A stretch of DNA of 64,000 nt from Burkholderiales bacterium (GCA_035275265.1 DATENC010000025.1:10230-74229); one strand, 5' to 3'; positions 48,042 to 56,485 are shown, counted from the stretch's first letter. A program made the numbers and translations. The notes: a model not told the origin generated them from the sequence alone.

Positions 48042-48419
48042 TCAGTCATACTTGATGTACTTGAAACGCTGGTCGTCGTTAGGGGTTCCCTCCAGAGCAC
48101 CGCCATCCTTGGCCGGCTGCCACTGGACCACTTCCTCGATTTTTTTCGCCAGCGCAATATCCTTGTCGGTGATGCCTTTTGCCGAATGGGTGACGAGCTT
48201 CACGATCACGAACGCGTACGAGACGGTGAGGTCGGGATGGTGCCAGGCCGCTTCCGCGAGATGGCCAACCGTGTTCACCACCATGAGTGTGCCTTTCCAG
48301 CCGCCAGTCTTGAACTTCCTTCTGATCCAGCCGTCCTCGTAATACCAGTGCGGCAGTTCCGCGGAGAGGCGTTGTTTCACCTCGTCCTCGCTGTAGGCTT
48401 TTTCCGTTGGCTCCGCCAT
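48042..48419 (-). CDS. pterin-4a-carbinolamine dehydratase
   Basis: VGHLAEAAWHHPDLTVSYAFVIVKLVTHS motif of the PCD/DCoH family. Confidence 0.8.
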   Translation of the reverse strand: MAEPTEKAYSEDEVKQRLSAELPHWYYEDGWIRRKFKTGGWKGTLMVVNTVGHLAEAAWHHPDLTVSYAFVIVKLVTHSAKGITDKDIALAKKIEEVVQWQPAKDGGALEGTPNDDQRFKYIKYD

Positions 48420-48677
48420 GTCATCTCCCTGCGTGCGCAGACACGATCATTCTCTCCGGTGCATTCTATCCAACTATCGCAGAGGCGCCAGCGTGTTCCG
48501 TTCCGCACCGAACACGGCTAACATCAGTGTCATGCACTCCGGTCGCGCGGGCGTTCCAATATTGGACAGATGCAGTGGACAGTTGCCTGCGCACGACCAA
48601 CCGGACGTTCCTCGACCCCATGAATCCTTTCACCATCCGCAACCGCCAACAACGCAGCGGGCGTAGCATTCATTTGT

Positions 48678-49229
48678 ATGGCTAAAGTCAAAGCGCCACG
48701 CATCGCGTGGGTACTTACCGGTTCCGGTCACTACCTGAAGGAGTGCATGGAGATCATCCGTCAACTTCGCGGGGTAAACCTGTTTCTCAGCGAAGCCGCG
48801 GACGAAGTGCTCAAGATGTACGGTTACGATCTCGCCAAGCTCAGGCAGAACATGAAAGTCTTCCGCGACAGCACCGCTAGTTCGGTGCCGGTGACATTTC
48901 TGTATGGCGGCGACTATCACACCGTGGTGATCGGCCCCGCGAGTTCCAACACCGTGGCCAAATGCGTCACCGGGATCTCCGATACGCTTGCGACCAACAT
49001 CTATGCGCAAGCCGGCAAATGCCGCATCCCCTCTATCGTGTTCGCGTGCGATACGGCGCCCGCGCTCGTTTCGGAGGCTCCTGGCGGCGACGTCTGGGTC
49101 TATCCGCGCCTGATCGACCTGGAGAACGTCGGCAAGCTCGCGAAGTTCGACTACACCACGGTGGTGATTTCGGTCGAGGAACTGCAGGTGGCGCTCGACC
49201 AGAGACTTGCCGAAGTCGCGCATGGATGA
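48678..49229 (+). CDS. flavoprotein (archaeoflavoprotein AfpA / Dfp-like)
   Basis: RIAWVLTGSGHYLKECMEII... and GPASSNTVAKC, typical of the flavoprotein family found in H4MPT gene clusters. Confidence 0.75.
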   Translation: MAKVKAPRIAWVLTGSGHYLKECMEIIRQLRGVNLFLSEAADEVLKMYGYDLAKLRQNMKVFRDSTASSVPVTFLYGGDYHTVVIGPASSNTVAKCVTGISDTLATNIYAQAGKCRIPSIVFACDTAPALVSEAPGGDVWVYPRLIDLENVGKLAKFDYTTVVISVEELQVALDQRLAEVAHG

Positions 49230-50619
49230 GCACATCGTCTTCCTGACCGGCCGGCTCGCCGAGCGGAGCCTCAATCGCGTGATCGAGTCGATGCAGCCGG
49301 CGCCCTTCAGGCACACCGTCCACGTCCTGTCGATTCAAGTGGCCGGACTGATGACCTCGGAAATGATCCGGCGCAGGCTGCCGGATGCGCTCGGCGCCAG
49401 CCGGGTAATCGTGCCGGGACGTTGCCGCGGCGACCTCGAACCCTTGAGCGTGCATTTCGGCGTGACGTTCCAGCGCGGGCCCGACGACCTCAAGGACCTT
49501 CCGCGTTTCTTCGGCCGCGAAGCAAGGCCGCTGGATCTGTCGAAGCACGACGTGCGCATCTTCGCCGAAATCGTGGACGCCCCGAACATGAGCGTCGAAG
49601 CGATCATCGAACAGGCCAGCGCCTATCGCGATTCCGGCGCGGACGTGATCGATCTTGGCTGCCTGCCGCAGACTCCGTTCCCGCATCTGGAGGAATCCAT
49701 CGCCGCGCTGCACGCCGCCGGTTATCAGGTAAGCGTGGATTCGATGGACGAGGACGAGCTTCTCCGCGGCGGACGCGCGGGCGCTGATTTCCTGCTTTCG
49801 CTGAAGAACGAGTCGCTTTGGATCGCCGACGAGGTCGCCTCGACGCCGGTGCTGATCCCGTCGAAGGCCGGAAATCTGCGCTCGCTTCTGCGCGCGATCG
49901 AAGCGATGGACAAGAGGGGGCGCGCCTATCTCGCCGACCCGATTCTCGACCCGATCCACTTCGGCTTCACCGAATCGCTGATGCGTTACCGCGAACTGCG
50001 CCGCCGGCTGCCGGAACTGCAGATCATGATGGGCACTGGCAACCTGACCGAACTGACCGATGCGGATACGCTGGGCATGCAAGCGATCTTGATGGGCATA
50101 GTTTCCGAGTTGCGCATCACCAACATTCTCACGACCCAGGTGAGCGCGCATGCATCGGGTGTGGTGCACGAGGCAGACGCCGCGCGGCGCATGATGTATG
50201 CCGCGCGAGAAGCCGACGATCTGCCGCGAGCCTTCGGCGAAGCGCTACTGGCATTGCGCTCGCTGGACCCCTTTCCGTACAGCGCCGAAGAGATCGCCGC
50301 CACCGCTGCCGCAATCAAGGACCCCAGCTTTCGTATCCAGATCAGTCCGGAGGGGCTGCACGTCTACAACCGCGATGGACTGCGCACCGCCACCGATCCG
50401 TTCAAGCTGTTCCCGCATCTCGGCCTCGAGGCCGATGGTTCGCATGCCTTCTATATCGGAGTGGAACTGTCGCGGGCGCAGATCGCCTGGCAGTTGGGAA
50501 AACGCTACGTACAGGATCAGGAACTCGAATGGGGTGCGGCGCAGCTACGCCGCAGCGACGGTTCCGAAGCGCAATGCGCGCCGGCGCCAGACGGCGAGAA
50601 AGCCAAGGCCGCATCGTGA
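49222..50619 (+). CDS. dihydropteroate-synthase-like protein (H4MPT biosynthesis-associated)
   Basis: Pterin-binding TIM-barrel region (GADVIDLGCLP ... VSVDSMD ... ILDPI). ATG 49222 overlaps the flavoprotein gene's end by 8 nt. Confidence 0.7.
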   Translation: MDEHIVFLTGRLAERSLNRVIESMQPAPFRHTVHVLSIQVAGLMTSEMIRRRLPDALGASRVIVPGRCRGDLEPLSVHFGVTFQRGPDDLKDLPRFFGREARPLDLSKHDVRIFAEIVDAPNMSVEAIIEQASAYRDSGADVIDLGCLPQTPFPHLEESIAALHAAGYQVSVDSMDEDELLRGGRAGADFLLSLKNESLWIADEVASTPVLIPSKAGNLRSLLRAIEAMDKRGRAYLADPILDPIHFGFTESLMRYRELRRRLPELQIMMGTGNLTELTDADTLGMQAILMGIVSELRITNILTTQVSAHASGVVHEADAARRMMYAAREADDLPRAFGEALLALRSLDPFPYSAEEIAATAAAIKDPSFRIQISPEGLHVYNRDGLRTATDPFKLFPHLGLEADGSHAFYIGVELSRAQIAWQLGKRYVQDQELEWGAAQLRRSDGSEAQCAPAPDGEKAKAAS

Positions 50620-51188
50620 TCCTGGAAACCATCATTACCACCCGCGACGAATTGGGCCGCGATCACATCGCGCCGATGGGAATCCGCGAAAAGGACGAAT
50701 TCATCGTGTTGAGCCCCTTCCGGCCATCGGCAACGCTGGAGCACGTCCTGCGCGAGAAATGCGCGGTAGTGAACTATACCGACGACGTGCGCATCTTCGC
50801 CGGTTGCCTGACCGGACGCTATGACTGGCAGACCGTTCCGGTAGTGCATCTTCCTTGCCGTCGCCTGGCAGGGGCACTCGCGCACGCGGAGGTGAAACTG
50901 GAGCGCGTGGAGGACGACGCGACCCGTCCGCGCCTGTATTGCCGTGAACTCGCCCGCGAAACCCATGGTGCGTTTCGCGGCTTCAACCGCGCACAGGCGG
51001 CGGTAGTCGAGGCCGCGATACTGGTAAGCCGGCTCAACATGCTGCCGCAGGAGAAGATCGACACGGAGATGGCCTACCTCAGAATCGCGGTCGAGAAAAC
51101 CGCGGGGCCGCGTGAACTCGAAGCCTGGGGCTGGCTCACCGCCCGGATCGAGGAGTTCCGCGTACGCGACAAGGAACGGTCGGCATGA
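50616..51188 (+). CDS. DUF447-like protein (H4MPT cluster-associated)
   Basis: ILETIITTRDELGRDHIAPMGI, as in DUF447 flavin-reductase-like proteins. GTGA overlap upstream and ATGA overlap downstream. Confidence 0.65.
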   Translation: MILETIITTRDELGRDHIAPMGIREKDEFIVLSPFRPSATLEHVLREKCAVVNYTDDVRIFAGCLTGRYDWQTVPVVHLPCRRLAGALAHAEVKLERVEDDATRPRLYCRELARETHGAFRGFNRAQAAVVEAAILVSRLNMLPQEKIDTEMAYLRIAVEKTAGPRELEAWGWLTARIEEFRVRDKERSA

Positions 51189-51886
51189 CGGCGATGCTCG
51201 CAAGCGTGCGCACCCTCGACGAGGCGCTGTTCGCGCTCGAAGCCGGCGCCGATTTCATCGACCTCAAGGAACCATCGCAAGGTGCACTCGGCGCACTCGA
51301 TCATGCGGCAGTGCGAGTGTGCGTGAATGCAATCGGCGGACGCCGGCCAGTCAGCGCTACGATCGGTGACATCGTTTCCATGCAACCGCGTGAGATGGCC
51401 ACCGCGGTGGAGCGCATGGGCGCAACCGGCGTGGACTACATCAAGATCGGTTTCTTTGTCCATCCTCGAACTTTCGACTGTGCTGCGGCGTTGAAAACGC
51501 TGGCGTGCAGGACGCGACTTGTCGCCGTAATGTTTGCGGACGAAACCTACGATCTCGCGCTTGTTGACGCTCTCGCCAACGCGGGCTTTGCCGGCGCGAT
51601 GCTGGACACCGCACACAAGACTGGCAAGACGCTGCGCGACTGCCGCAATGAAGAAGAGTTCCGGGAGTTTGTGAATCGAGCCAGAGCCCATGGACTTCTT
51701 TCCGGCCTGGCTGGCTCACTGCGCAAGGAAGATATCGAGCCACTCCTCAAGATCGAGCCAGACTATCTCGGGTTCCGTGGTGCGCTGTGCTCACGATCCA
51801 AACGGAACCAGAATCTCGATGCGGAAGCTTTCGCCAGGATTCGAAGCGCTATTCCAGATTTGGAATGTATTGGCATCACTCAATAA
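51185..51886 (+). CDS. MfnB-like (5-formylfuran-3-yl)methyl phosphate synthase (DUF556)
   Basis: MLASVRTLDEALFALEAGADFIDLKEPSQGALGAL and a KIGF motif, as in MfnB-family aldolase-fold proteins. Confidence 0.7.
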   Translation: MTAMLASVRTLDEALFALEAGADFIDLKEPSQGALGALDHAAVRVCVNAIGGRRPVSATIGDIVSMQPREMATAVERMGATGVDYIKIGFFVHPRTFDCAAALKTLACRTRLVAVMFADETYDLALVDALANAGFAGAMLDTAHKTGKTLRDCRNEEEFREFVNRARAHGLLSGLAGSLRKEDIEPLLKIEPDYLGFRGALCSRSKRNQNLDAEAFARIRSAIPDLECIGITQ

Positions 51887-51910
51887 GGCACCTTAGACCG
51901 ATCCTGTTTT

Positions 51911-52174
51911 TCATCGCGCGTCCCCTGCTTCATCTTCGATTCGGTTGACGACTTTTATTCCGCGGCTGCCTAGCTCCGCAGCTAGGCGGATCACAAACCT
52001 TCGGTCTGCCTGCTTGAGCAATGCGTGTGACTCGGCCGGCGTCCGATACGTCACCGTCCGATGGAGCGTGCGAACAGCAAGTGTTGTACGGTCATGTAGG
52101 CTTTTGAATCCAACAAATGCCACGTAGAACACCAAAGGCACCACGATGAACCCGATAATCGCTTGGCCTATCAA
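51911..52174 (-). CDS. cassette ORF: small protein with an N-terminal TM helix
   Basis: 87-aa ORF (TTG start in the ORF track). IIGFIVVPLVFYVAFVGF hydrophobic segment. The stop lies 12 nt before a GTCTAAG (R''-like) heptamer. Confidence 0.4.
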   Translation of the reverse strand: MIGQAIIGFIVVPLVFYVAFVGFKSLHDRTTLAVRTLHRTVTYRTPAESHALLKQADRRFVIRLAAELGSRGIKVVNRIEDEAGDAR

Positions 52175-52248
52175 GAATGGAATTGATATCGCTAAAGCGG
52201 ACGCCGCACAAAGAAGGCCAACTTTCCATCCTCCGCGGGAATAGGGGG

Positions 52249-52458
52249 CTAGCGTAACTCAGTTATCTCAGCCAATGGAACGCGCTCCCAATACGTGCGG
52301 AAGGGAAAGAGATAACGCCACAAATAGAAGGCCCGGTCAGTAATTGCCGCCGCGAAATCGACCGAGCGGTGGAACGTGCCGTTGACGTCCGTGAAAATCA
52401 CCGACTCGCCCACATCGAGCGGTAGCTGGGTAAAGGGACGGCCGTGATACATGCTCAT
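52249..52458 (-). CDS. cassette ORF: small soluble protein, unknown function
   Basis: ATG 52458 lies 3 nt after the GTTGGCC core (GTTGGCC-ttc-ATG). About 69 aa. Confidence 0.45.
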   Translation of the reverse strand: MSMYHGRPFTQLPLDVGESVIFTDVNGTFHRSVDFAAAITDRAFYLWRYLFPFRTYWERVPLAEITELR

Positions 52459-52461
52459 GAA

Positions 52462-52551
52462 GGCCAACGTTCTCAGTAACCGGCGCGTGCGGCCGGGTAC
52501 ATGCAAGGCACAGCACCCGCGCGCGCCTCCGCATTGACTGAGAAGTTAGAC
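52462..52551 (-). repeat. attC-like site (90 bp)
   Basis: Minus strand reads GTCTAAC ... GTTGGCC. Inner arms TTCTCAGT/ACTGAGAA pair perfectly, with a 1-nt spacer asymmetry. Confidence 0.6.
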
Positions 52552-52577
52552 AGCATTTGAGCCATCGGTAAAGGCTA

Positions 52578-53081
52578 TTAGACTCCGAGACGACGCCACA
52601 CGGTGTGGGCTCCCAGTACAGGCAGTACCAGCACCGAGATCCACGCGACGATGAACGCAATCGGCCGCCAAGCATCCGGCAGAAGGCCACCGTGGGACTC
52701 GCCGAGCAGGAGCGCAATGATGAAGGCCACCACACCAACGACACACAGCAGCCCCAGGTACGCGAGAACCGTCAGGAACCACCTCATGCCCGCTGACTGC
52801 ACCCTCATTGGATAAGCGCGAAGGATTCTGGCGCCGAGGTTGAAGATGCCCCAGAAGTAGAAAAACTGCGCGACGGAGCCGAAAAAGTAGGCGCCGTCGG
52901 CGGTTCCAGTCGTCCTGGCTGCTACCAGCATTGTGAGCAACGCAGGCCAGAACGCCGCAACAGCGATTCCACGCAGGAAAAAACCCGGGCCGCGCGCAAC
53001 ATAGTCGTACAACATGACGCCGATGACACCGCCGGCAATGGCTATCGGCACCACGATGAGTCCTACCTTGACGGCTTTCAC
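52578..53081 (-). CDS. cassette ORF: polytopic membrane protein, unknown function
   Basis: 167 aa with about five hydrophobic helices. GTG start, 80 nt after the GTTAGAC core. Confidence 0.6.
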   Translation of the reverse strand: MKAVKVGLIVVPIAIAGGVIGVMLYDYVARGPGFFLRGIAVAAFWPALLTMLVAARTTGTADGAYFFGSVAQFFYFWGIFNLGARILRAYPMRVQSAGMRWFLTVLAYLGLLCVVGVVAFIIALLLGESHGGLLPDAWRPIAFIVAWISVLVLPVLGAHTVWRRLGV

Positions 53082-53154
53082 GAGTGTGCCGGCCTGCGAT
53101 CCGGGAAGGTTTTGGACTCCTCGTATTGACCGTTACGCGCCATATTCATGTGCT

Positions 53155-53211
53155 GTCTAACGTCGTGGTGAACGGCGGGCCCTGCCCATCCGTTCCACCC
53201 AAGGGTTAGGC
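53155..53211 (-). repeat. attC-like site (57 bp)
   Basis: Minus strand reads GCCTAAC ... GTTAGAC. Inner arms GGTGAACGG/CCGTTCCACC pair with one bulged base. Confidence 0.65.
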
Positions 53212-53242
53212 GCTCTGCGGACATCGCGGATTGCTCTTTCAT

Positions 53243-54076
53243 CTAAATACTGATCTCACCGTCAATGACATCTACGACATCGCCGCCGACCCAGACGTCT
53301 TCGGCGTCCTTGCGCAGATGGACGCGACCGGCGCGCTGAAGCGCAGTGCCTTGAGCTGCGACATACGAAGGTTCCGCGAGTCGTGCACCAATGAGCCATT
53401 GGGCGAGGCTTGCGTTGAGGCTGCCGGTGACCGGGTCTTCGTACCAACCGTCGCCTATGAACGCCCGCACCTCGAACGCCGCGCCTTGGCCCGGTTCATG
53501 AGGACCCACCACCCCTAGCTTGAGCGGGTCGAGCGTGACCCAGTCGGGTTTAAGCGAAAGCACCTGACGGGCGGAACGCAGCATTACCGCGCACCAACCC
53601 GGGCCGTTGTCTACCCACTGATGGTGGACTATGTCAGAGGGCTCAAGAGCGAGGGCGCGGGCGATCTTCGCTTGGATCTCAGGCTCAAGTGCGCCAGTGC
53701 GCCGTAAGGGCGGTGCGGCGAATTCAAGGCGCGGACCGTCACAACGCACACGAACGAGGCCGACGCCGCACTCCTGCACGACGACAGTCTGCTTGCGCGG
53801 TTTGCCACCCTTGGCTAGCCAGGAGTGGCATGAGCCCAGCGTGGGGTGGCCTGCAAAAGGAAGTTCGCCGCTGGGCGTAAAGATGCGCACGCGATAGTCC
53901 GCGCCCGGATTCGTCGGCGACAGAAGAAACGTTGTTTCCGATAGATTGGTCCAGCGCGCGAGCGCCGCCATCCGCGCGTCGCTCAGTCCCTCGGCAGCGT
54001 GCACCACGGCGAGTGGGTTCCCGCCCAGTGGATCAGCCGAGAATACATTAACCTGCGTAAAACGAAATGTGCGCAT
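53243..54076 (-). CDS. cassette ORF: PhzF-family isomerase-like protein
   Basis: MRTFRFTQVNVFSADPLGGNPLAVV...LSETTFLL motif of the PhzF family. The ATG lies 11 nt after the GTTAGGC core. Confidence 0.85.
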   Translation of the reverse strand: MRTFRFTQVNVFSADPLGGNPLAVVHAAEGLSDARMAALARWTNLSETTFLLSPTNPGADYRVRIFTPSGELPFAGHPTLGSCHSWLAKGGKPRKQTVVVQECGVGLVRVRCDGPRLEFAAPPLRRTGALEPEIQAKIARALALEPSDIVHHQWVDNGPGWCAVMLRSARQVLSLKPDWVTLDPLKLGVVGPHEPGQGAAFEVRAFIGDGWYEDPVTGSLNASLAQWLIGARLAEPSYVAAQGTALQRAGRVHLRKDAEDVWVGGDVVDVIDGEISI

Positions 54077-54087
54077 ACCGGGGTGGC

Positions 54088-54168
54088 GCCTAACGTCCCG
54101 GTTCTGGCGCAAAGTGCGTGAAGTGCAGCGCCATATGAAATTTGTCGCTCACGAACCGGCTGTTAGGC
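54088..54168 (-). repeat. attC-like site (81 bp)
   Basis: Minus strand reads GCCTAAC ... GTTAGGC. Arms GCCTAAC-gtc-CCGGTTC / GAACCGG-ct-GTTAGGC, plus an inner TGGCGC/GCGCCA stem. Confidence 0.7.
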
Positions 54169-54169
54169 G

Positions 54170-54511
54170 TCATGCCGACGCGCGCGCGCTAAGGCGCGCA
54201 TTGCAATGCGGACAGAACTCTGGACTCAATGCGATCCCGTCTCCCTCCGCAACAAAGGCCTCGCACACTGGGCATCGGTAGCGGTTTTTTATCGTCCTCA
54301 CAATCCGATAAGCTGAGAAGAACGCCATGGCACCAAGAGGAAGAGCGATCGCCCAAAACAAAGCTGGCGCTTGCACCTGTAGATCACCCAAGAACGGAAG
54401 GGCAACAAAGACCGGCAAGATACCGATAGCCCAGAGCAAGCTGTGCCTCCAAACCGCAGAACGCCGTTGTTGAAACTCGACGACAGAGGCGGATGGGTGG
54501 GCGTTAAGCAT
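54170..54511 (-). CDS. cassette ORF: two-TM protein with a C-terminal zinc ribbon
   Basis: 113 aa with two hydrophobic helices, then CPVC...CPHC. GTTAGAC-gtc-ATG at the start; the stop is 1 nt before GCCTAAC. Confidence 0.6.
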   Translation of the reverse strand: MLNAHPSASVVEFQQRRSAVWRHSLLWAIGILPVFVALPFLGDLQVQAPALFWAIALPLGAMAFFSAYRIVRTIKNRYRCPVCEAFVAEGDGIALSPEFCPHCNARLSARASA

Positions 54512-54514
54512 GAC

Positions 54515-54577
54515 GTCTAACGTTCTTAATCAGCTGCGGGCCGCTTTTGGCCGGTTGGCTGCATTGAGGGGTTAAGC
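54515..54577 (-). repeat. attC-like site (63 bp)
   Basis: Minus strand reads GCTTAAC ... GTTAGAC. Arms CTTAATCAGC/GCTGCATTGAG pair with one mismatch and one bulge; central GGCC/GGCC stem. Confidence 0.65.
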
Positions 54578-54818
54578 GCGATTCGTGTAGACCGCGCGTC
54601 ACGGGTCAAGCCATCAGCTTGCCACAGAAAGCTGCGAGGGCAACTACTTCTACCTCAGCTTTCAGCCACCTCTCGGGCTGTCGAAAGACACATACTACCT
54701 TCGGAGCACATCCGGGATCGAAAAATCCCATTCCAAGTGGTGTGCATGAATGATCTTGTTGGTCAGTCCCGAAGATATAGAGATTCGTCCGGTTGCCAAC
54801 TACTTTGGGAGTACTTCC

Positions 54819-55430
54819 TCAGCCACGTATCGGCACACCCACCAGTGTGCAGGATGCCAGAATCTCCCCTGCTATCTTCTGGTCGCTCATACCTAACACG
54901 CGAACATGAAAACGCCCGGGTGAAGTGAATTCCCGAAAAGCGGGATCTACCCAGCCCCGGCGTACCATGTCCTCGATAGGCGGCTGAGTTTGGGAAATCG
55001 CGAAGGATTTGACCAAGAGCAATGCGGTGACATTCAGCTTGTCCGCGAGCCAGGCAGCGAGGCTGTCGGAAGTGACGTTCCAGTTTTCGGGTATCAGGGG
55101 ATCAGCGACGACCATCTTGTAAGGCATCCAGACCGGGACTTGGGTTTTCCTCAGCACCTTGCGAATTCCTTCGATACTGTCCGCGGCAACGAGCCCTGGG
55201 TGCATCGCCGCGAGCAACCGACCGTACTGCTCCATTGCCCGCAGCGCCTTCCGGTGCGCAACGCGATCGTCGAAGTTCTCGCATTTCTGCGCAACGCGCA
55301 CTTCATCAGCCCACGGCCCGCCGCCAGGAACCAGCACGGCCTTGCCCGCACCGGCGGTCGCGATGACTTCGAGCCAGCGCGGCAGGTCTTCGGAGTGGGC
55401 GAGGCTGCCACCAAGTTTGACGACCCACAT
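54819..55430 (-). CDS. amino-acid-kinase-fold (Asp/Glu/uridylate kinase family) protein, C1-cluster associated (possibly MfnE-like)
   Basis: MWVVKLGGSLAHSEDL...AVLVPGGGPWAD motif. Trimmed from the longer ORF (to 55718). Confidence 0.7.
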   Translation of the reverse strand: MWVVKLGGSLAHSEDLPRWLEVIATAGAGKAVLVPGGGPWADEVRVAQKCENFDDRVAHRKALRAMEQYGRLLAAMHPGLVAADSIEGIRKVLRKTQVPVWMPYKMVVADPLIPENWNVTSDSLAAWLADKLNVTALLLVKSFAISQTQPPIEDMVRRGWVDPAFREFTSPGRFHVRVLGMSDQKIAGEILASCTLVGVPIRG

Positions 55431-55432
55431 GC

Positions 55433-56485
55433 TTATCTCCGCTTGCGCAAGCGAGCCTGCGCAAGAATGGCGACTGCCACCGCTGGCGCGCAACTCGACG
55501 CCCCCGATGCGACGTCCGCTGCGGTGTCCACAAGGCCGTCGAAATCCCGGTAGCGCCGGCCGAGTTGGGCGGCAAGTTTTTTGACGAGGAATCTGCCGAC
55601 ACCTGCACCCACGAGCAGCGCACGCTCGGCTATTTCCGCGTGCGAAAGAACGCCGTCGCACGCCTGCCCAATTTTCCAGAGCTGCAGGTCGGCGAGATGG
55701 CGTGCGCACTGCCGCCATGCGGAAAGCGGCGCGGATTCGAGATCGCGCCCAATCATTCGCGCCAGCCGCCGTGCGCTGTCACGCACCGTCTTGCCGCTGT
55801 TGTCCGCGGCGGGAAGTTGGTCCGCACCTTCGGGCAGTTCTCCGGTCAAGCGATAGACGTCGGCAGTGGTCGCGAAGTATTCCGCCATCGGTGCGATCCA
55901 GTTTCCTTCGAACGGAATGCGCTCGGCGAGGGCCATGACCGGCGTGCGCACGATACCGGTATATACGAGCTCCTCGTAGGCGAGGCGCTCGAAGTCGCTG
56001 TGCCCGCGAACAGCGAGCTTGCCGTTGCGGATCGCCACGATGTCGGTGGTGGTGCTGCCGATATCCACGAACAGCGCATCCGGCACCCGGCTTGCCACCA
56101 GTTGAGCGCTAGCCGCCCAATTGGCAGAGGCAACCGCGTCAGGACTCTTTGCTGCACGCTGCGGCGTGAGGAAGCCGCTCAACCCTGCATAGACCAGCGT
56201 CCGGCTGGTAGGTACGCGCTTGCCGAAGCGAGTCAGAATGCCTCTCACCCCTTGCGCCCGGTTCCTGAAAAAATCAGTCAGTTCTCCGGTCATAGTGACC
56301 GCATGCCTTGGGGCGTCGGGTTGCTCTTCGAGTACGTTCTTGACCGCGCGGTCGAGATGCTCCAAGCCCAGCCACAGCGGGCATGGCAACTGGCGCACCC
56401 ACAGGACCTTTCCAGTGCGGTCGACCGCGGCAGCCTTCAGGTGCGCGCCGCCCAGGTCCCATCCGAGAACGATATCAGAGGGCAT
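55433..56485 (-). CDS. hydantoinase/oxoprolinase-like ASKHA-fold protein, H4MPT-linked C1 pathway associated
   Basis: VLGWDLGGAHLKAA and DIGSTTTDIV phosphate-binding motifs. Position in the C1 cluster. Confidence 0.7.
   Translation of the reverse strand: MPSDIVLGWDLGGAHLKAAAVDRTGKVLWVRQLPCPLWLGLEHLDRAVKNVLEEQPDAPRHAVTMTGELTDFFRNRAQGVRGILTRFGKRVPTSRTLVYAGLSGFLTPQRAAKSPDAVASANWAASAQLVASRVPDALFVDIGSTTTDIVAIRNGKLAVRGHSDFERLAYEELVYTGIVRTPVMALAERIPFEGNWIAPMAEYFATTADVYRLTGELPEGADQLPAADNSGKTVRDSARRLARMIGRDLESAPLSAWRQCARHLADLQLWKIGQACDGVLSHAEIAERALLVGAGVGRFLVKKLAAQLGRRYRDFDGLVDTAADVASGASSCAPAVAVAILAQARLRKRR

Larger units (their letters stand above)
51892..54800 (-). mobile_element. integron-type gene-cassette array without an integrase (CALIN-like)
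   Basis: Lower-GC 2.9-kb insert between two convergent C1 genes. Short minus-strand ORFs are each bracketed by RYYYAAC...GTTRRRY imperfect palindromes. No tyrosine recombinase in the window. Confidence 0.65.

Noticed and set aside
48420-48677. Divergent intergenic region upstream of the flavoprotein/DHPS-like operon, considered for a pterin/folate-type riboswitch.
   Set aside because: I cannot recognise any known riboswitch consensus by eye. It would need an Rfam scan.
54737-54928. 63-aa plus-strand ORF across the cassette-array boundary.
   Set aside because: It overlaps the 3' end of the kinase-fold gene in antisense, has a GTG start with no RBS, and is probably spurious.
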